Source of the DNA: an uncultured virus (IMG/VR IMGVR_UViG_3300047673_000294)
Lineage: Duplodnaviria; Heunggongvirae; Uroviricota; Caudoviricetes
Virus record (IMG/VR): IMGVR_UViG_3300047673_000294
DNA length: 64,000 bases
Strand: one strand, 5' to 3'
The notes under the pieces were generated by a model. That model worked only from the letters and a program-made list of their open reading frames with translations, was not told the DNA's origin and did no database searches. Positions 8,432 to 18,549 of this stretch are shown here, one piece after another. Positions within the stretch are counted from its first letter, which is position 1. Every line of letters starts with the position of its first letter. The position numbers and the translations under genes are program-made.

Positions 8432-11400
8432 TTACCGGCCGCGCGGCGGCTGGAATGTCGCCTCGATCGAGCCGCGCGCCCGCACCTCGCGGCGCGCGGT
8501 ATCCACCAGCAGCTCGCCGAAGTCCCGGCCCGCGATGTTCAGGTGAATCACCATCGGCTGGCTGTCCCTGCCGCTCGCCCCACCCACCAGCGCAGCGGTA
8601 CGAACGGGTGCCTGGCGGGGGGTGTTGAGCATCGACGCCCACGGGGCCTGCGCCTTCCTGCGCGAGTCCGGGCCGGACCACACCCGCGACCCCACCGGCA
8701 GATCCAGCAACTCCGGCTCGTGCTCGCCCACCCACGTCATCCCGGACCGGATCCCACCCGACGCAGCCATCCCGACGATTCCGCCGGACGCCTTCTTGCC
8801 GAACGCCTTCTCGATGCTCTTCTCCATGACCTTCGCCAGGTGAGCCATGCTCTTTTCGAGCTTGTCCTGCGACTTCTGCAGCTTGGACACCGTCGCCGTC
8901 TGCGCCTTGATCGCCGCCGCATACACGGCATCCGCGGTCGTCTTCCCCGCCGAACCGGCGGCGCTCCCGACCTGCGCCTGCAGCGAGTTCACCGACTTGA
9001 TCTCCGACGACGACGCGCCCAACAACGCGCCCGCAGTCTCCAGCCCGCCGCCTTCGACCCCGGCCTCGGCGATCTGCTGGATCAGCCCCTTGTCCAGGCC
9101 CTTGGCTTTCAGGTCCTTCAGCGCGCCGGCGAACGCGGTCGCCTTGTCTCTGCTCGCGGTGAGACCGCTCATGATCGAGGACATGGTGATCGTCTTGTCC
9201 GAGCCCGCGCCCTTGGTGATGTTCGCCGAGCCGAGGATGCCGCTCTTCACCGACGACGACAGTGAGGCGGCCGAGGACTTCAGATCGTTGAGCTTGTCCT
9301 TCGCCTTTGCCAGGCTCGCGTTGACCGCGTTGAGTTGCTTCTCCTGCTTCAGTAGCGCTTTGCCCGTGGCGTCGAGTTGCTTCAACAGGCGAGACTCCGT
9401 GCCCCCGTGCGTGGACTTCTGGATGATGCCGCGCCACTGGTTCAAGGCGTTCACGAGCGAGCCGACGGAGTCAGGCTTGGCCAACGCGGACCCGAACTCA
9501 CTCCGCTGGTACCCGGCCATCTGCCCGTAGCGGCTGATGGTCAGCTGGCCCCACGCATCCGAACGGGCCTGCCGCTCCGAAGCCGCCTGAGCCTTCGCCG
9601 CGGCCCGAGCCTTCGACACCTTGCCGCCCCGGGCCAGGTGCTGCCCCTCCTCGTACCGGCCGTCGTTGACCGTCTGGAGAAACTTCTCGCCGTACTTCTG
9701 CACCGACGCGGCCTTGATGACGAACTCGCCGTTCGACAGCCACGGCGCCGGGACGTCATCGCTGGTACCCGTACCAGGCCCCTGCACCGGACCGCCGTCC
9801 GCGTACCGGAACGCCTTGCCCGTGTACAGGCCGCCCGTCGCACCGACCGCGTCGTGCACGGACTGGCCCCGCTGGGCGAGCTCATTGACGTGCCGGGTCG
9901 TGATCGTGTTCGTCACCCAGGTGTTGGCCCGCTTACCGTTCACCGCGTTCATTGCGCGCACTACCTGAGCGATCGACCCGATCGCCTGCCCATTCGCCGT
10001 GTACACCATGGTCCTGCCGTCAGGCAGCGTCTTCGTCTTGAACCCGACCGCTTCCAGAGCCTTGATCGCAGCGCCGTTGAGTGTCGACACCGTGACGCTC
10101 TTGGCGCTCGGCGTCTTGCGAATCGCGGCCTCGACCTCATTGAGACCAGCGACGGCCTCGTCTTTCTCAGCTTTGATCAGCGTCTTGATCTCGGACGGCA
10201 CGCCGAGCAGCGTGTTGACGTACTCCTGCGCCTTCTCTTTGTTTCCCTTGAACGCTTCCGTCGCGAGCTTCATCATCTCGGCGCGCAGGGTGGACGACTT
10301 CTCCGTCATCGACGAAAGGGAATCCCCAGCGGCGAGACCGGACGCGATCATCTCGTCCTGGGCTTTCGCCGCCTGCGACATCGCCGTACCGTTCGCGCGG
10401 CCCTTCTCCGTGTTCAGGTCGAGGGTGGCGCCGTTCTTCTTGAACGCCTCCGACAGGCTGTCCATCCCCGCCTCGAACGCGATCTGCCCGTCATACGCCG
10501 ACCGGTTCACGTCGTTGAGCGCGACGATGCTTGCCCGCAGCCCATCCGCCGACGCCTTCTGCGCATCGAGCTTGGCCTGCGCCGCCTGCGCCGCATCCCC
10601 GAAAATACCCATGCTCTCGGCAGCCATCTGCTGCTCGAAAGCCTGATCCTTCAACGCATTGCTGTAGTCGTTGGTGAATTTCCCTAGACGGCTCATGTCC
10701 CCGCCGCCGGCCTTCCACGCCTTCTTCAGGATCTCGAACTGCGCGGCAGCGAGTTTCGGGTTACCGGCCTTGACGTTGTTCGCCATGACCTTGTCCCATG
10801 CATCGAGATTCTTTGTCGCGTCGGAAACTCCGGGCCCGGTAACCGTTCCCACCCACGCGCCGAAATCGGTCGTGAGCTGGACGAACTTGTTGTCCGAGGC
10901 GCCCTTCGACATCATCGCGATCGACTTGGACATCTCATCGAGATTCGTGCTCAGTACGCCGGTCACCTTGCCCGTGGTGGCCAACGTGTTCAGCGACGTC
11001 GACAACTCATCGACCGCGACGGGCGCCTTGTTGGTGCTGAGCTCGTGCATGGCCAGTACCAGCGCACCCACCGCGCCAAGCGCGAGCGCCGCCTTACCGC
11101 CCGTCGACAGGGAGCCAAGCGCGGTAGTCATCCCGGTGATCCCGCCGCCCGCTGCAGCTGCGGCAGCACGCAGCGCGGTGATCTTCGTGACGAGCGTGGC
11201 GTAGCCGCCCGCGATGGCGCCAACCCCCGCCCCCGCCAACTTGATCAGCTTGAACGCGGAATACACCGACATCAGCGTCCCGATCAGCGACGGCGGCACC
11301 GCAGCCACCAACTTCGCCATCGCATTGACCAGGGTCAGCATCCCCGGACCAGCCTGCGCCGCACCCTGCAACAGGTTGCTGACCGCCTCGGCCACACTGG

Positions 11401-12208
11401 TCAACAACTGCTTCACCGCAGGCCCCTGCGCCCGCGCGTACTCGAAGAACGACGCGATCGGCCCGTGCGCATTGCCCTCCGACAGCACCCGCATGAAGTG
11501 AATCGCCTTATCCGTGGCGCCCTTCAACGACTGATTCGCGAAATCGGAGACCGTCTTCGACAGCACGTCAAACGCACCCGTGCTGATTCCCCCGCCGGCC
11601 ACATCCATCAACCGGCTCAGCTGAGTCGACGTGCCCTCCACCATCGGCGTCAGCTTCGGAAGGATCTGCCCCATCACCGCGAACGACTTCTCAACCGGCA
11701 CCATCGTGAACTTGGCCGTCGAGTCGGAGAAATCCTTGAACTGATCCTTCAACCCCATGAACCCGAAAGCCGCACGCGCCGTCGCCTTCGGCATCGCACC
11801 CAGCACCTGCGCCGCCTGCACCTGCGCCGCCACAGCCTGCTTCGAATGCGCCCCATACTGCTGAACCGCAGCGCTGTACTTCGTCTGCGCCTGCGTCGCA
11901 TCCTTCAAATTCCCGATCTGCGGGATCACCGCAGCACCGAACGACGCCACCGCCAAACCAGCAGCGCCCGCGTGCACGGCAATCGGAGCGAATGCCGCCG
12001 CAACCGGCACCGCGGCCGGGGCAAGAGAGAGCAGCGACCCGCGAACATCGAGCATGGCCCTCGACATCCGAGAACCCGACCGGTTCACATCATCGGCCGC
12101 CCGCGCGAACTGGCCGGACATCGTCCGCAGTCGGCCGTTGATGTCCCGGAAGCCATCGACCGTCTCGTCACCGACCCGGACCCGGATAACGATCACATCG
12201 TCAGACAT
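8432..12208 (-). CDS. tape measure protein
   Basis: 1258 aa Ala/Gly-rich helical protein; GPGTGTSDDVPAPWLSNGEFV motif; follows the chaperone. Confidence 0.92.
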   Translation of the reverse strand: MSDDVIVIRVRVGDETVDGFRDINGRLRTMSGQFARAADDVNRSGSRMSRAMLDVRGSLLSLAPAAVPVAAAFAPIAVHAGAAGLAVASFGAAVIPQIGNLKDATQAQTKYSAAVQQYGAHSKQAVAAQVQAAQVLGAMPKATARAAFGFMGLKDQFKDFSDSTAKFTMVPVEKSFAVMGQILPKLTPMVEGTSTQLSRLMDVAGGGISTGAFDVLSKTVSDFANQSLKGATDKAIHFMRVLSEGNAHGPIASFFEYARAQGPAVKQLLTSVAEAVSNLLQGAAQAGPGMLTLVNAMAKLVAAVPPSLIGTLMSVYSAFKLIKLAGAGVGAIAGGYATLVTKITALRAAAAAAGGGITGMTTALGSLSTGGKAALALGAVGALVLAMHELSTNKAPVAVDELSTSLNTLATTGKVTGVLSTNLDEMSKSIAMMSKGASDNKFVQLTTDFGAWVGTVTGPGVSDATKNLDAWDKVMANNVKAGNPKLAAAQFEILKKAWKAGGGDMSRLGKFTNDYSNALKDQAFEQQMAAESMGIFGDAAQAAQAKLDAQKASADGLRASIVALNDVNRSAYDGQIAFEAGMDSLSEAFKKNGATLDLNTEKGRANGTAMSQAAKAQDEMIASGLAAGDSLSSMTEKSSTLRAEMMKLATEAFKGNKEKAQEYVNTLLGVPSEIKTLIKAEKDEAVAGLNEVEAAIRKTPSAKSVTVSTLNGAAIKALEAVGFKTKTLPDGRTMVYTANGQAIGSIAQVVRAMNAVNGKRANTWVTNTITTRHVNELAQRGQSVHDAVGATGGLYTGKAFRYADGGPVQGPGTGTSDDVPAPWLSNGEFVIKAASVQKYGEKFLQTVNDGRYEEGQHLARGGKVSKARAAAKAQAASERQARSDAWGQLTISRYGQMAGYQRSEFGSALAKPDSVGSLVNALNQWRGIIQKSTHGGTESRLLKQLDATGKALLKQEKQLNAVNASLAKAKDKLNDLKSSAASLSSSVKSGILGSANITKGAGSDKTITMSSIMSGLTASRDKATAFAGALKDLKAKGLDKGLIQQIAEAGVEGGGLETAGALLGASSSEIKSVNSLQAQVGSAAGSAGKTTADAVYAAAIKAQTATVSKLQKSQDKLEKSMAHLAKVMEKSIEKAFGKKASGGIVGMAASGGIRSGMTWVGEHEPELLDLPVGSRVWSGPDSRRKAQAPWASMLNTPRQAPVRTAALVGGASGRDSQPMVIHLNIAGRDFGELLVDTARREVRARGSIEATFQPPRGR

Positions 12209-12440
12209 CGCTCACCTCCCCTCCTCGGTCGCGTCCGCCGCCGAGCTCCTCAATCCGCACGAGGCGCATCAGCTCTGTGTCCTCCTGCATAAGGGAGGAC
12301 AGGGTGTAACCCGGGAACCGCTCCAACAGGCCGAGCAGGTACCGGGCGCGGGTCAGCTGGCCAGGCTCTCGGACAGTGCTTCCATCGGGACGGACTCCAC
12401 CAGGGACGGCCCGCCAGCGGGCGAGCTCTGCGGCAAAGGG
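12201..12440 (-). CDS. -1 frameshift extension of tail assembly chaperone (GT-like)
   Basis: slippery C CCT TTG at 12434-12440; -1 frame open (FAAELARW...LLERFPGYTLSSLMQED...SDV) up to the tape measure start. Confidence 0.75.
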   Translation of the reverse strand, partial: PFAAELARWRAVPGGVRPDGSTVREPGQLTRARYLLGLLERFPGYTLSSLMQEDTELMRLVRIEELGGGRDRGGEVSDV

Positions 12441-12757
12441 TCGGCATCATGAACCCCAATGAGGGCGTCCACGTAGGCGTTCTGCATGGCGCGGGCCAGT
12501 CCCTGGTCGACCTGCTTCAGCCCGGCCTCGGTCGCGGGGATCGGCTTGCCCGCGGCGTCTTCGAGGTTCCAGGAGACGAGGTTGCCGGCGAACCGGCGCA
12601 TGCTCGCGGCGACGTCCTCGCCGTCCCCTCCGTCGAGTCCGGTTGCAGCGGTGTACTCGCCGAAGGCCATGCCGAGCAGGGTGGCTTCGGCGCCGTGGTA
12701 CTTGTGATCCTCGGCGAAGCGGATGACCACCTTGGAGACGGATGCGTTGAATCCCAT
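12353..12757 (-). CDS. tail assembly chaperone (G-like)
   Basis: LVSWNLED motif; lies between tail tube and tape measure genes. Confidence 0.8.
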   Translation of the reverse strand: MGFNASVSKVVIRFAEDHKYHGAEATLLGMAFGEYTAATGLDGGDGEDVAASMRRFAGNLVSWNLEDAAGKPIPATEAGLKQVDQGLARAMQNAYVDALIGVHDADPLPQSSPAGGPSLVESVPMEALSESLAS

Positions 12758-12767
12758 GTGCTGCCTC

Positions 12768-13175
12768 TCAGGCCCAGGTGGGGACGGTGCCGTCGGCGAG
12801 GGAGCCGGGCGCGGACCAGGTGAGTTCGCCGCTGTCGGAGCGGGTGAGCTGGTAGTCGGTGAAGAGGATTTCCGGGGCGAGGGTGACGCCGTTGACGGTC
12901 TGCGTGACGGTCCGTGCGACGGAGGTGGAGGGCACGGTTTTGAAGACGTCGTGGCTCTGGTTCGACGCCGCGTTGAAGACGCCGTTCAGCGTGACCGAGC
13001 AGTCGGCGAGGAGCAGCAGCCGCTCGTTCGCGGACTTGTCCACACCGGTGATGTCCTGCACGCCCCTGGGGGTGCTCATCTGCCAGTTGGTGATGTCGTT
13101 CTTGATCGCCCTCGCGGTACCCGCGGAGTCGTCCACCGAGAGCGTTGTCTGTCCGAGGCCGGATGCCTTTGCCAT
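12768..13175 (-). CDS. major tail tube protein
   Basis: 135 aa, DITGVDKSANER, position before chaperone. Confidence 0.75.
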   Translation of the reverse strand: MAKASGLGQTTLSVDDSAGTARAIKNDITNWQMSTPRGVQDITGVDKSANERLLLLADCSVTLNGVFNAASNQSHDVFKTVPSTSVARTVTQTVNGVTLAPEILFTDYQLTRSDSGELTWSAPGSLADGTVPTWA

Positions 13176-13178
13176 GGC

Positions 13179-13583
13179 TCAGTTCCCTTCCGTTCTGTCG
13201 TTGCTCGCCCGGACGGGCTGCTCTTCGACCCACTTCGCCTCTCGCTCCCGGTCGGGTGCGAGAGAGCCGAACATCTTGCGGACCCCATCCCGATCGACCC
13301 ATCCCCAGTGGAAGTGCGTTGGGTGGGTGATCGAGTTATTGACCCAGTCGGCGACGAGCTTCACCTCGCGCACCGTCGTGCCGTCGTCGACCAGCGCGAA
13401 CAGGCGGTCGCTCGGGTTGGAGATCAGGATGGTGAACGTCGCCGGGCCCAGCACTTGCCGTCGGGCACCCGAATCGGTTGGGATCACGTGCACCGCGCGC
13501 GGCGTGCTGGACTCGATCGCGTCGTATTCGCCGCCGAGATCGATGCCGTCCACGACGAGCCGCAACTGCGAATCTGCCCTCAT
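13179..13583 (-). CDS. hypothetical protein in the tail operon
   Basis: ORF MRADSQLRLVVDG...; no recognised motif. Confidence 0.5.
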   Translation of the reverse strand: MRADSQLRLVVDGIDLGGEYDAIESSTPRAVHVIPTDSGARRQVLGPATFTILISNPSDRLFALVDDGTTVREVKLVADWVNNSITHPTHFHWGWVDRDGVRKMFGSLAPDREREAKWVEEQPVRASNDRTEGN

Positions 13584-13587
13584 GCCG

Positions 13588-14034
13588 TCATCCCTTCGCG
13601 ATCTCGTCGGCGATCGCCTGCTGATGCGTGGCGAAGTCCTCGACCCAGTGGCCCGGGTTCTGATGGAGCCGGGCCTTCGTGCCGCGGGGGTTCCCGCGAT
13701 GGTCGCCGTCCCGGACCACGAACAGGGGCGGCCGGTCCAGGCGGGTGCGGTGCTCACGCGCCTTGAAGCACGGCTGGCCAGCCTCGAACACGAGCCACGA
13801 CTCAGTCGCGGAGATGACCTCCAGCCGGTACTTACGACCGGACGCGGCCACCGCCTCTCGCAGGTCGGGCGTCAGCGCCTCGTTGTTGACCCGCCACCCG
13901 TTGACGTAGTTGGGGCAGTCGACCTCCGCGCACGACGCGGCCCGGAAGTGGCTGCTCAGCGGGGAGACCACGGCATACGTCTTGTACGCGGCCGCGCCCA
14001 TTGCCGGTTCGGGGCGGAACAGTTCGGCGCCCAT
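13588..14034 (-). CDS. phage structural-region hypothetical protein
   Basis: ASCAEVDC...FEAGQPCF..H; translationally coupled. Confidence 0.7.
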   Translation of the reverse strand: MGAELFRPEPAMGAAAYKTYAVVSPLSSHFRAASCAEVDCPNYVNGWRVNNEALTPDLREAVAASGRKYRLEVISATESWLVFEAGQPCFKAREHRTRLDRPPLFVVRDGDHRGNPRGTKARLHQNPGHWVEDFATHQQAIADEIAKG

Positions 14035-14792
14035 CAGAAGGTCACCCCCGCCGCTTCGTTCTTGATCACGTTCACGGAGAACGACAGCGCGGTAAAGCCA
14101 CCCGTCGTCACCGTGGTCGCCCGCAGATAGCGGCGCAGCGTCGTCGTGTTCGACAGAGCGATCCGCTCCGCCAGCGGGGCACCCCCGGTGATCTGCGTGA
14201 ACGCGAAACCCGCGACGTCGGCGAAGGTGATGTTGTCGGCCGAGTCTTGGATCTTCACGGTGGCGTCCGTGCCCGTGAACGGGGCGAACACCTGGAGGTA
14301 CGCCTGCCCACCGAACGATGCCGAGGCGGACGTGTCGATGCCCGTCCCGAGCGTCGCCGCGGTATCCGTCCGCACGCCGGCCGTCAGCTGTCGGCCCCAC
14401 TCGATGCCGTAGCCGTTGGACTGCGCGGACACTCCGAAGGTGAGCATCCCGTCGTCGCCGCGGGTCGGGTCGTAGTTGACCTGCTTCCCGATGAGGGACG
14501 CGGCCGGGTCGCCGAGGGTGGTGCCGCGGCCGTAGGTCATGACGACGTCGGTGCGGGGCAGGGCGGACAGCTTCTCGTGCAGGCCGCCCGTGATCGCGAC
14601 CGTGTTGAAGTACGTAGTCATCTCGAACTGCCCGCTGCGCAGCCCGCCTTGCCGCTCGTAAGCACTCTTGTCGATCCCGGTGAAGTTGAGTAGCGCGGGT
14701 CCGCCGCCGATGGTGCCGAGCTGCTGGATGTCGCCGCTCGCGTTGAAGCCCTGGATGTAGAGGGCATCCCCGAGCCCGCTTGCTTTTGCCAC
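14034..14792 (-). CDS. tail tube-like protein with extra C-terminal domain
   Basis: MAKASGLG...TGIDKSAYER, paralog of 12768-13175. Confidence 0.7.
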   Translation of the reverse strand: MAKASGLGDALYIQGFNASGDIQQLGTIGGGPALLNFTGIDKSAYERQGGLRSGQFEMTTYFNTVAITGGLHEKLSALPRTDVVMTYGRGTTLGDPAASLIGKQVNYDPTRGDDGMLTFGVSAQSNGYGIEWGRQLTAGVRTDTAATLGTGIDTSASASFGGQAYLQVFAPFTGTDATVKIQDSADNITFADVAGFAFTQITGGAPLAERIALSNTTTLRRYLRATTVTTGGFTALSFSVNVIKNEAAGVTF

Positions 14793-15259
14793 TAGGGGGC
14801 CTCCGTCCATACGTCGTTGATGATCAGGGGCACGGTGAGCGTGGCCACCCGGTACGTCGTGCTGTCGAAGCGGGTGAACCCGAACTGCGCCGACAGCGGG
14901 GTGCCGTGCGCGCCGAGCAGGTCGACGTTGCGGACCGTCCCGCCGAGCGTGAAGTCCTCGAACAAGCCAGTCATCAGCGCGTCCACTGCGCCCGTCACCT
15001 GGATGTCGACGTCGTCCTGCGGCTCCGAGTCGGCGGGCATGAACACCCGCCCGGCCAACTCCAGCCGCACCGTTCCCACGCTGACTCCGGACCCCGCCGG
15101 GACCGGGGCGATCCGAGTCACCCACGTCGCGTAGATCAGACCGGACCCGGGCGCGGACACCGGCTCATGCCCGAGTACCTGCTCGAACAGGCCCAATCCC
15201 TGCGCCTGCGACATGTGCGCGCTGCGGTAGGTGAGGAGATCCAGGGGCACGGCAATCAC
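14792..15259 (-). CDS. putative tail terminator / head-tail joining protein
   Basis: DFTLGGTV motif and synteny. Confidence 0.65.
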   Translation of the reverse strand: MIAVPLDLLTYRSAHMSQAQGLGLFEQVLGHEPVSAPGSGLIYATWVTRIAPVPAGSGVSVGTVRLELAGRVFMPADSEPQDDVDIQVTGAVDALMTGLFEDFTLGGTVRNVDLLGAHGTPLSAQFGFTRFDSTTYRVATLTVPLIINDVWTEAP

Positions 15260-15630
15260 ATCCGTCCCGTGTAGCGGCGCAGCAGCCGTTCGCCGATGCC
15301 GCGCTTGCGGGAGTTCAGCTCATGCCGGGTCTTGATCCAGTGGTCGTAGCCCTTGAACTTCGTCACCGGGAAATTCCTGGACCCGACGCCGGCCAGCCAC
15401 GGCCCGTACACGACACGCGAGTCGGAGATCACGTTGCCGTCGACCACGACACAGCGGGACTCGTAATAGCCAGTCGGGTTCCGGAACACGGCCCGCATCT
15501 CGCGCTTGAGGATGTTCAGGCCCTCCTCGGCGAGGTTCCGCTCCAGCCGGTTGACGTACTCGTTCGCGGCACGCCGCGCCCGCCCGTCGAACATCGGGCC
15601 GCGCTCGCTGGTGGACACGATGAGGCGCAT
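15256..15630 (-). CDS. putative neck / tail completion protein
   Basis: basic 124 aa protein, PTGYY...VYGPWL; synteny. Confidence 0.6.
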   Translation of the reverse strand: MRLIVSTSERGPMFDGRARRAANEYVNRLERNLAEEGLNILKREMRAVFRNPTGYYESRCVVVDGNVISDSRVVYGPWLAGVGSRNFPVTKFKGYDHWIKTRHELNSRKRGIGERLLRRYTGRM

Positions 15631-15632
15631 GG

Positions 15633-16694
15633 CTACACCGCCCTCGTCCGAGCTTTGCGACCGTGGCTGGTGTACACGCGGGCCCGGAGGTCCGTGAGGC
15701 CCTTGCCGCTGGTCTCGCGTTCGTTGTCCCCGGAGCCGGCCGTGCGCGCGTACCCGGACCGGCCCTGCAGCAGATCCGTCAGCGCCTCGGCGAGACACAG
15801 TTGCCGCACGGACCCGGGCGCCACCCATCGGACGACTGCGGTCCCGCTCGTGTGTGTGGCCGCAGTGGTACCGAGCGCGCCGCGTTCCACTGTCAGCGTG
15901 CGCGGGGCGAAGATCGCAGTGGTCGCCGTGTGCGCGGCAATCGTCGACCCGTCCCATGCACGCCGCACGATGAGCGTGTCCCCAGCAATGTCCTCGACGA
16001 GCATCCGCTCCCCGTCGATGACGATGGTCTCGCCCGCGGCGAACCCAGTTCCGTCGGCAACGTCCACGACTACCGCACTGTTCTGGTTGGTCAGGCCCGA
16101 CCCGGCGAGGAGCTGCCCTGTGTAGAGCAGGCTCCGCCCGGTGACGATGACCCGCTCGTCGTCGATGCGGAGCAGCGCCCCGACTCCGGCCGCAGCGGAG
16201 GTGGCCGCGTTCACGTTCACATCGGTCTCGGTCGCGTCGAGATCCTCGACCGTGACACCGGCCGCGGTCTCGTCGTTGCGGTAGCCGAACAGGCCGGTGA
16301 CGGTGATGTCCTGCTGGTAGGTGGCGCCCCCGCCGAAGCTCGCGTTGGAGCTGAGGTCGAGTTCGATCCGCGTGTACGGGGCCTCGTCGAGGTCGTCGCC
16401 GCGGCGCAGCAGGAAATCCCCGGGGGCGATGGTCACACCGCCGGAGGTGAGGGAGCTGACAGAGATGAGCTCGTTCGCGTCGAGGCGCAGGATCCACGGG
16501 GTGGCGCCCTGGCGGGGCGGCCAGTCGAAGCGGCGCGTCGCGAGCACCGGGTAGAACACGCGGTGGGTCAGCCCGTGCACGGACTCGGTCGCATCGGCCA
16601 GCGCGCGGTCAATCCGCGCGTTGGAGCGCGCGGTCTCCTTCACGTCCAGCTCCGCCTTGATCTCCTCGCGGGTCGCATAGAACGGTGTCGTCAT
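15633..16694 (-). CDS. head-to-tail adaptor, extended
   Basis: YATREEIKAEL...IDRALADAT N-terminus; internal repeated ID.ER..V domains. Confidence 0.7.
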   Translation of the reverse strand: MTTPFYATREEIKAELDVKETARSNARIDRALADATESVHGLTHRVFYPVLATRRFDWPPRQGATPWILRLDANELISVSSLTSGGVTIAPGDFLLRRGDDLDEAPYTRIELDLSSNASFGGGATYQQDITVTGLFGYRNDETAAGVTVEDLDATETDVNVNAATSAAAGVGALLRIDDERVIVTGRSLLYTGQLLAGSGLTNQNSAVVVDVADGTGFAAGETIVIDGERMLVEDIAGDTLIVRRAWDGSTIAAHTATTAIFAPRTLTVERGALGTTAATHTSGTAVVRWVAPGSVRQLCLAEALTDLLQGRSGYARTAGSGDNERETSGKGLTDLRARVYTSHGRKARTRAV

Positions 16695-16731
16695 CTCTTG
16701 TCACCTCCTCTCAGGACAGTGGGCGTTGCGG

Positions 16732-17142
16732 TCAGGGTCGGCCGTGGATGGAGAAACTGACCCCGGTGAAGGTGGGGGTGGCGGTGCCGCCGACGACCCA
16801 GCGGATGCGGCCCGTGTTGGTGAGGACGTAGCCGTTGTTGATCAGGCCGTAGGTGAACCCGGTGCTATTCAGGAGCGCCCCGCCGATCGACGTCGCGGAC
16901 GACGTCTGCACGTAGGTGCCGTAGGCGTCCGCGACCTCGAAGAACACTGCGAGCGTCGGCGACGACCCGGTGGGGGCGTTCGCCACCGTCACCACCAGCA
17001 GGCCGCTGCTGATGCGGGAGATGTCGATCGCCCCGGGCGCGCCCGTGACACCGTTGGTAATGCCTGCGGTGACGTGGTCGGTGTTGCTGTTGAGGGTCAG
17101 ACCGGTGGCCTTGAACAGCAGCGTGTCCCGGTAGGCGCCCAC
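16732..17142 (-). CDS. putative virion (decoration-like) protein
   Basis: beta-rich, downstream of capsid gene. Confidence 0.55.
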   Translation of the reverse strand: MGAYRDTLLFKATGLTLNSNTDHVTAGITNGVTGAPGAIDISRISSGLLVVTVANAPTGSSPTLAVFFEVADAYGTYVQTSSATSIGGALLNSTGFTYGLINNGYVLTNTGRIRWVVGGTATPTFTGVSFSIHGRP

Positions 17143-17573
17143 TACTTGCCTGCCTCAGCGGAATCGGTCGGCGACGTGCCGCCCTCCTGGCCGCCATCCG
17201 TCGAAGGGACAGAAGAGGTCTCCGTCCGGTCCTTCGCGGAGCGGCTCGCCGTCTTGCGGGCAGGCTTGCGGGCGGGCTTCTCGTTCGGCTCGGGCTCGGT
17301 CGATGGCGTCTCGTCGGATGCTGATGAGCTGCTGCCAGGAGATGACTCCTCGCCTCCCTCCTCGCTCAAGTCAGGCCACGCGTTGGGGTCGCCCTCACTG
17401 CTCCAGCCCCCGGCCACGACCGCAGCTCCGGCGATCGTCGGGCCACCGTGGCGGGTGATCTTCGGCATGTCTCCTGCTCCCTGCTCGGTGTGCTCGGTGC
17501 TGCCGCAGTGCGGGCAGCGCGGAGCACCCACCGAGTACGTGGTGGTGCACTCCGCGCAGACCCACGCCGCCAT
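17142..17573 (-). CDS. zinc-ribbon protein with low-complexity tail
   Basis: CAEC...CPHC then S/E/P-rich region. Confidence 0.55.
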   Translation of the reverse strand: MAAWVCAECTTTYSVGAPRCPHCGSTEHTEQGAGDMPKITRHGGPTIAGAAVVAGGWSSEGDPNAWPDLSEEGGEESSPGSSSSASDETPSTEPEPNEKPARKPARKTASRSAKDRTETSSVPSTDGGQEGGTSPTDSAEAGK

Positions 17574-17574
17574 G

Positions 17575-18033
17575 TCAGGCCGCCGCCACAGACGCGCCGT
17601 TGTCGAGCGGCACATAGGTGAGCGTCCACGTGATTCCGCCGTCCGCGCCGGTCGCGTTGACCTGCTCGATCGTTCCGACGTTGACGACGATCGGCTGCTT
17701 CAGCGTCGGCGTGGCGCCCACCCCGAAGACGATGGAGTCGCCCTTCAGCCCCTGGAAGGAGATGAGGTCACCGGCAGGGGTGTCGGTGGTGCCGAGGTCG
17801 GTGGCCGCGCACAGATCCCCGGTGGTGCCGGTTGTCGGGTTGGCCTGCAGCTTGCTGGTACCCGCGACGGTGATCGCGGTGGTCACCTCGCCGACGATGG
17901 AGGTGATGAGGACCTTGCCGCCAGTGATGGTGAACAGGGTCTTGGTCTCCACCGCAAGCGGCGTGTAGGCCTTCGACACCGCAGTGCCGAACAGCAGGGT
18001 CCGCAGCTCGTCGCCCTGGATGAGAGTGCTCAT
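17575..18033 (-). CDS. putative virion protein
   Basis: MSTLIQGDELR..., T/G-rich, head module. Confidence 0.65.
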   Translation of the reverse strand: MSTLIQGDELRTLLFGTAVSKAYTPLAVETKTLFTITGGKVLITSIVGEVTTAITVAGTSKLQANPTTGTTGDLCAATDLGTTDTPAGDLISFQGLKGDSIVFGVGATPTLKQPIVVNVGTIEQVNATGADGGITWTLTYVPLDNGASVAAA

Positions 18034-18035
18034 GG

Positions 18036-18467
18036 TCAGGCCCCCAGCGCGGGCAGGTTGGCGGGAGCGCGCTGCACGACCAGGTCGCGGGCGATGGCCT
18101 CGACCCGGCCCGCACCGGTGGAGGTGAGCTTGACGTAGTCGTAGTCGTCGGACAGCTGCGCCCCGTCGATCTCCACCCACATCGCGTTCTGCGTAGCCGC
18201 CGCCGCCGTCACGACGGTCGCCGCGGCGGCCTGCGTGCGCTTCGTCCACGCGTCGGTGCCGTCACCGGTGCACGTGTAGTAGCGAGTGACCGCGGCGAGG
18301 TTCTGCGCCCCGGTCCCGGCCGCGTCCTTCGCCTCGACGAGGGTGTAGGTGTCGCCTGCTGCACCAGCGAGGTAGCAGGAGAAGGCGACGCCGCCGCAGT
18401 CCCGCAGGCCGATGTACACGCCGTCCGCCACCGAGATGACGTTCACCGTGCGTCCGAGTGCTTCCAT
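18036..18467 (-). CDS. putative head decoration protein
   Basis: immediately downstream of major capsid gene; GGAGGG RBS. Confidence 0.6.
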   Translation of the reverse strand: MEALGRTVNVISVADGVYIGLRDCGGVAFSCYLAGAAGDTYTLVEAKDAAGTGAQNLAAVTRYYTCTGDGTDAWTKRTQAAAATVVTAAAATQNAMWVEIDGAQLSDDYDYVKLTSTGAGRVEAIARDLVVQRAPANLPALGA

Positions 18468-18549
18468 GAGATGCCCTCCTTGAGGGGGTTGAGTGCCTCT
18501 TCGGAACGGGCCCCGGCAGGGGGGTTAGTGCCTGCCAGGGCCGGCCGGG

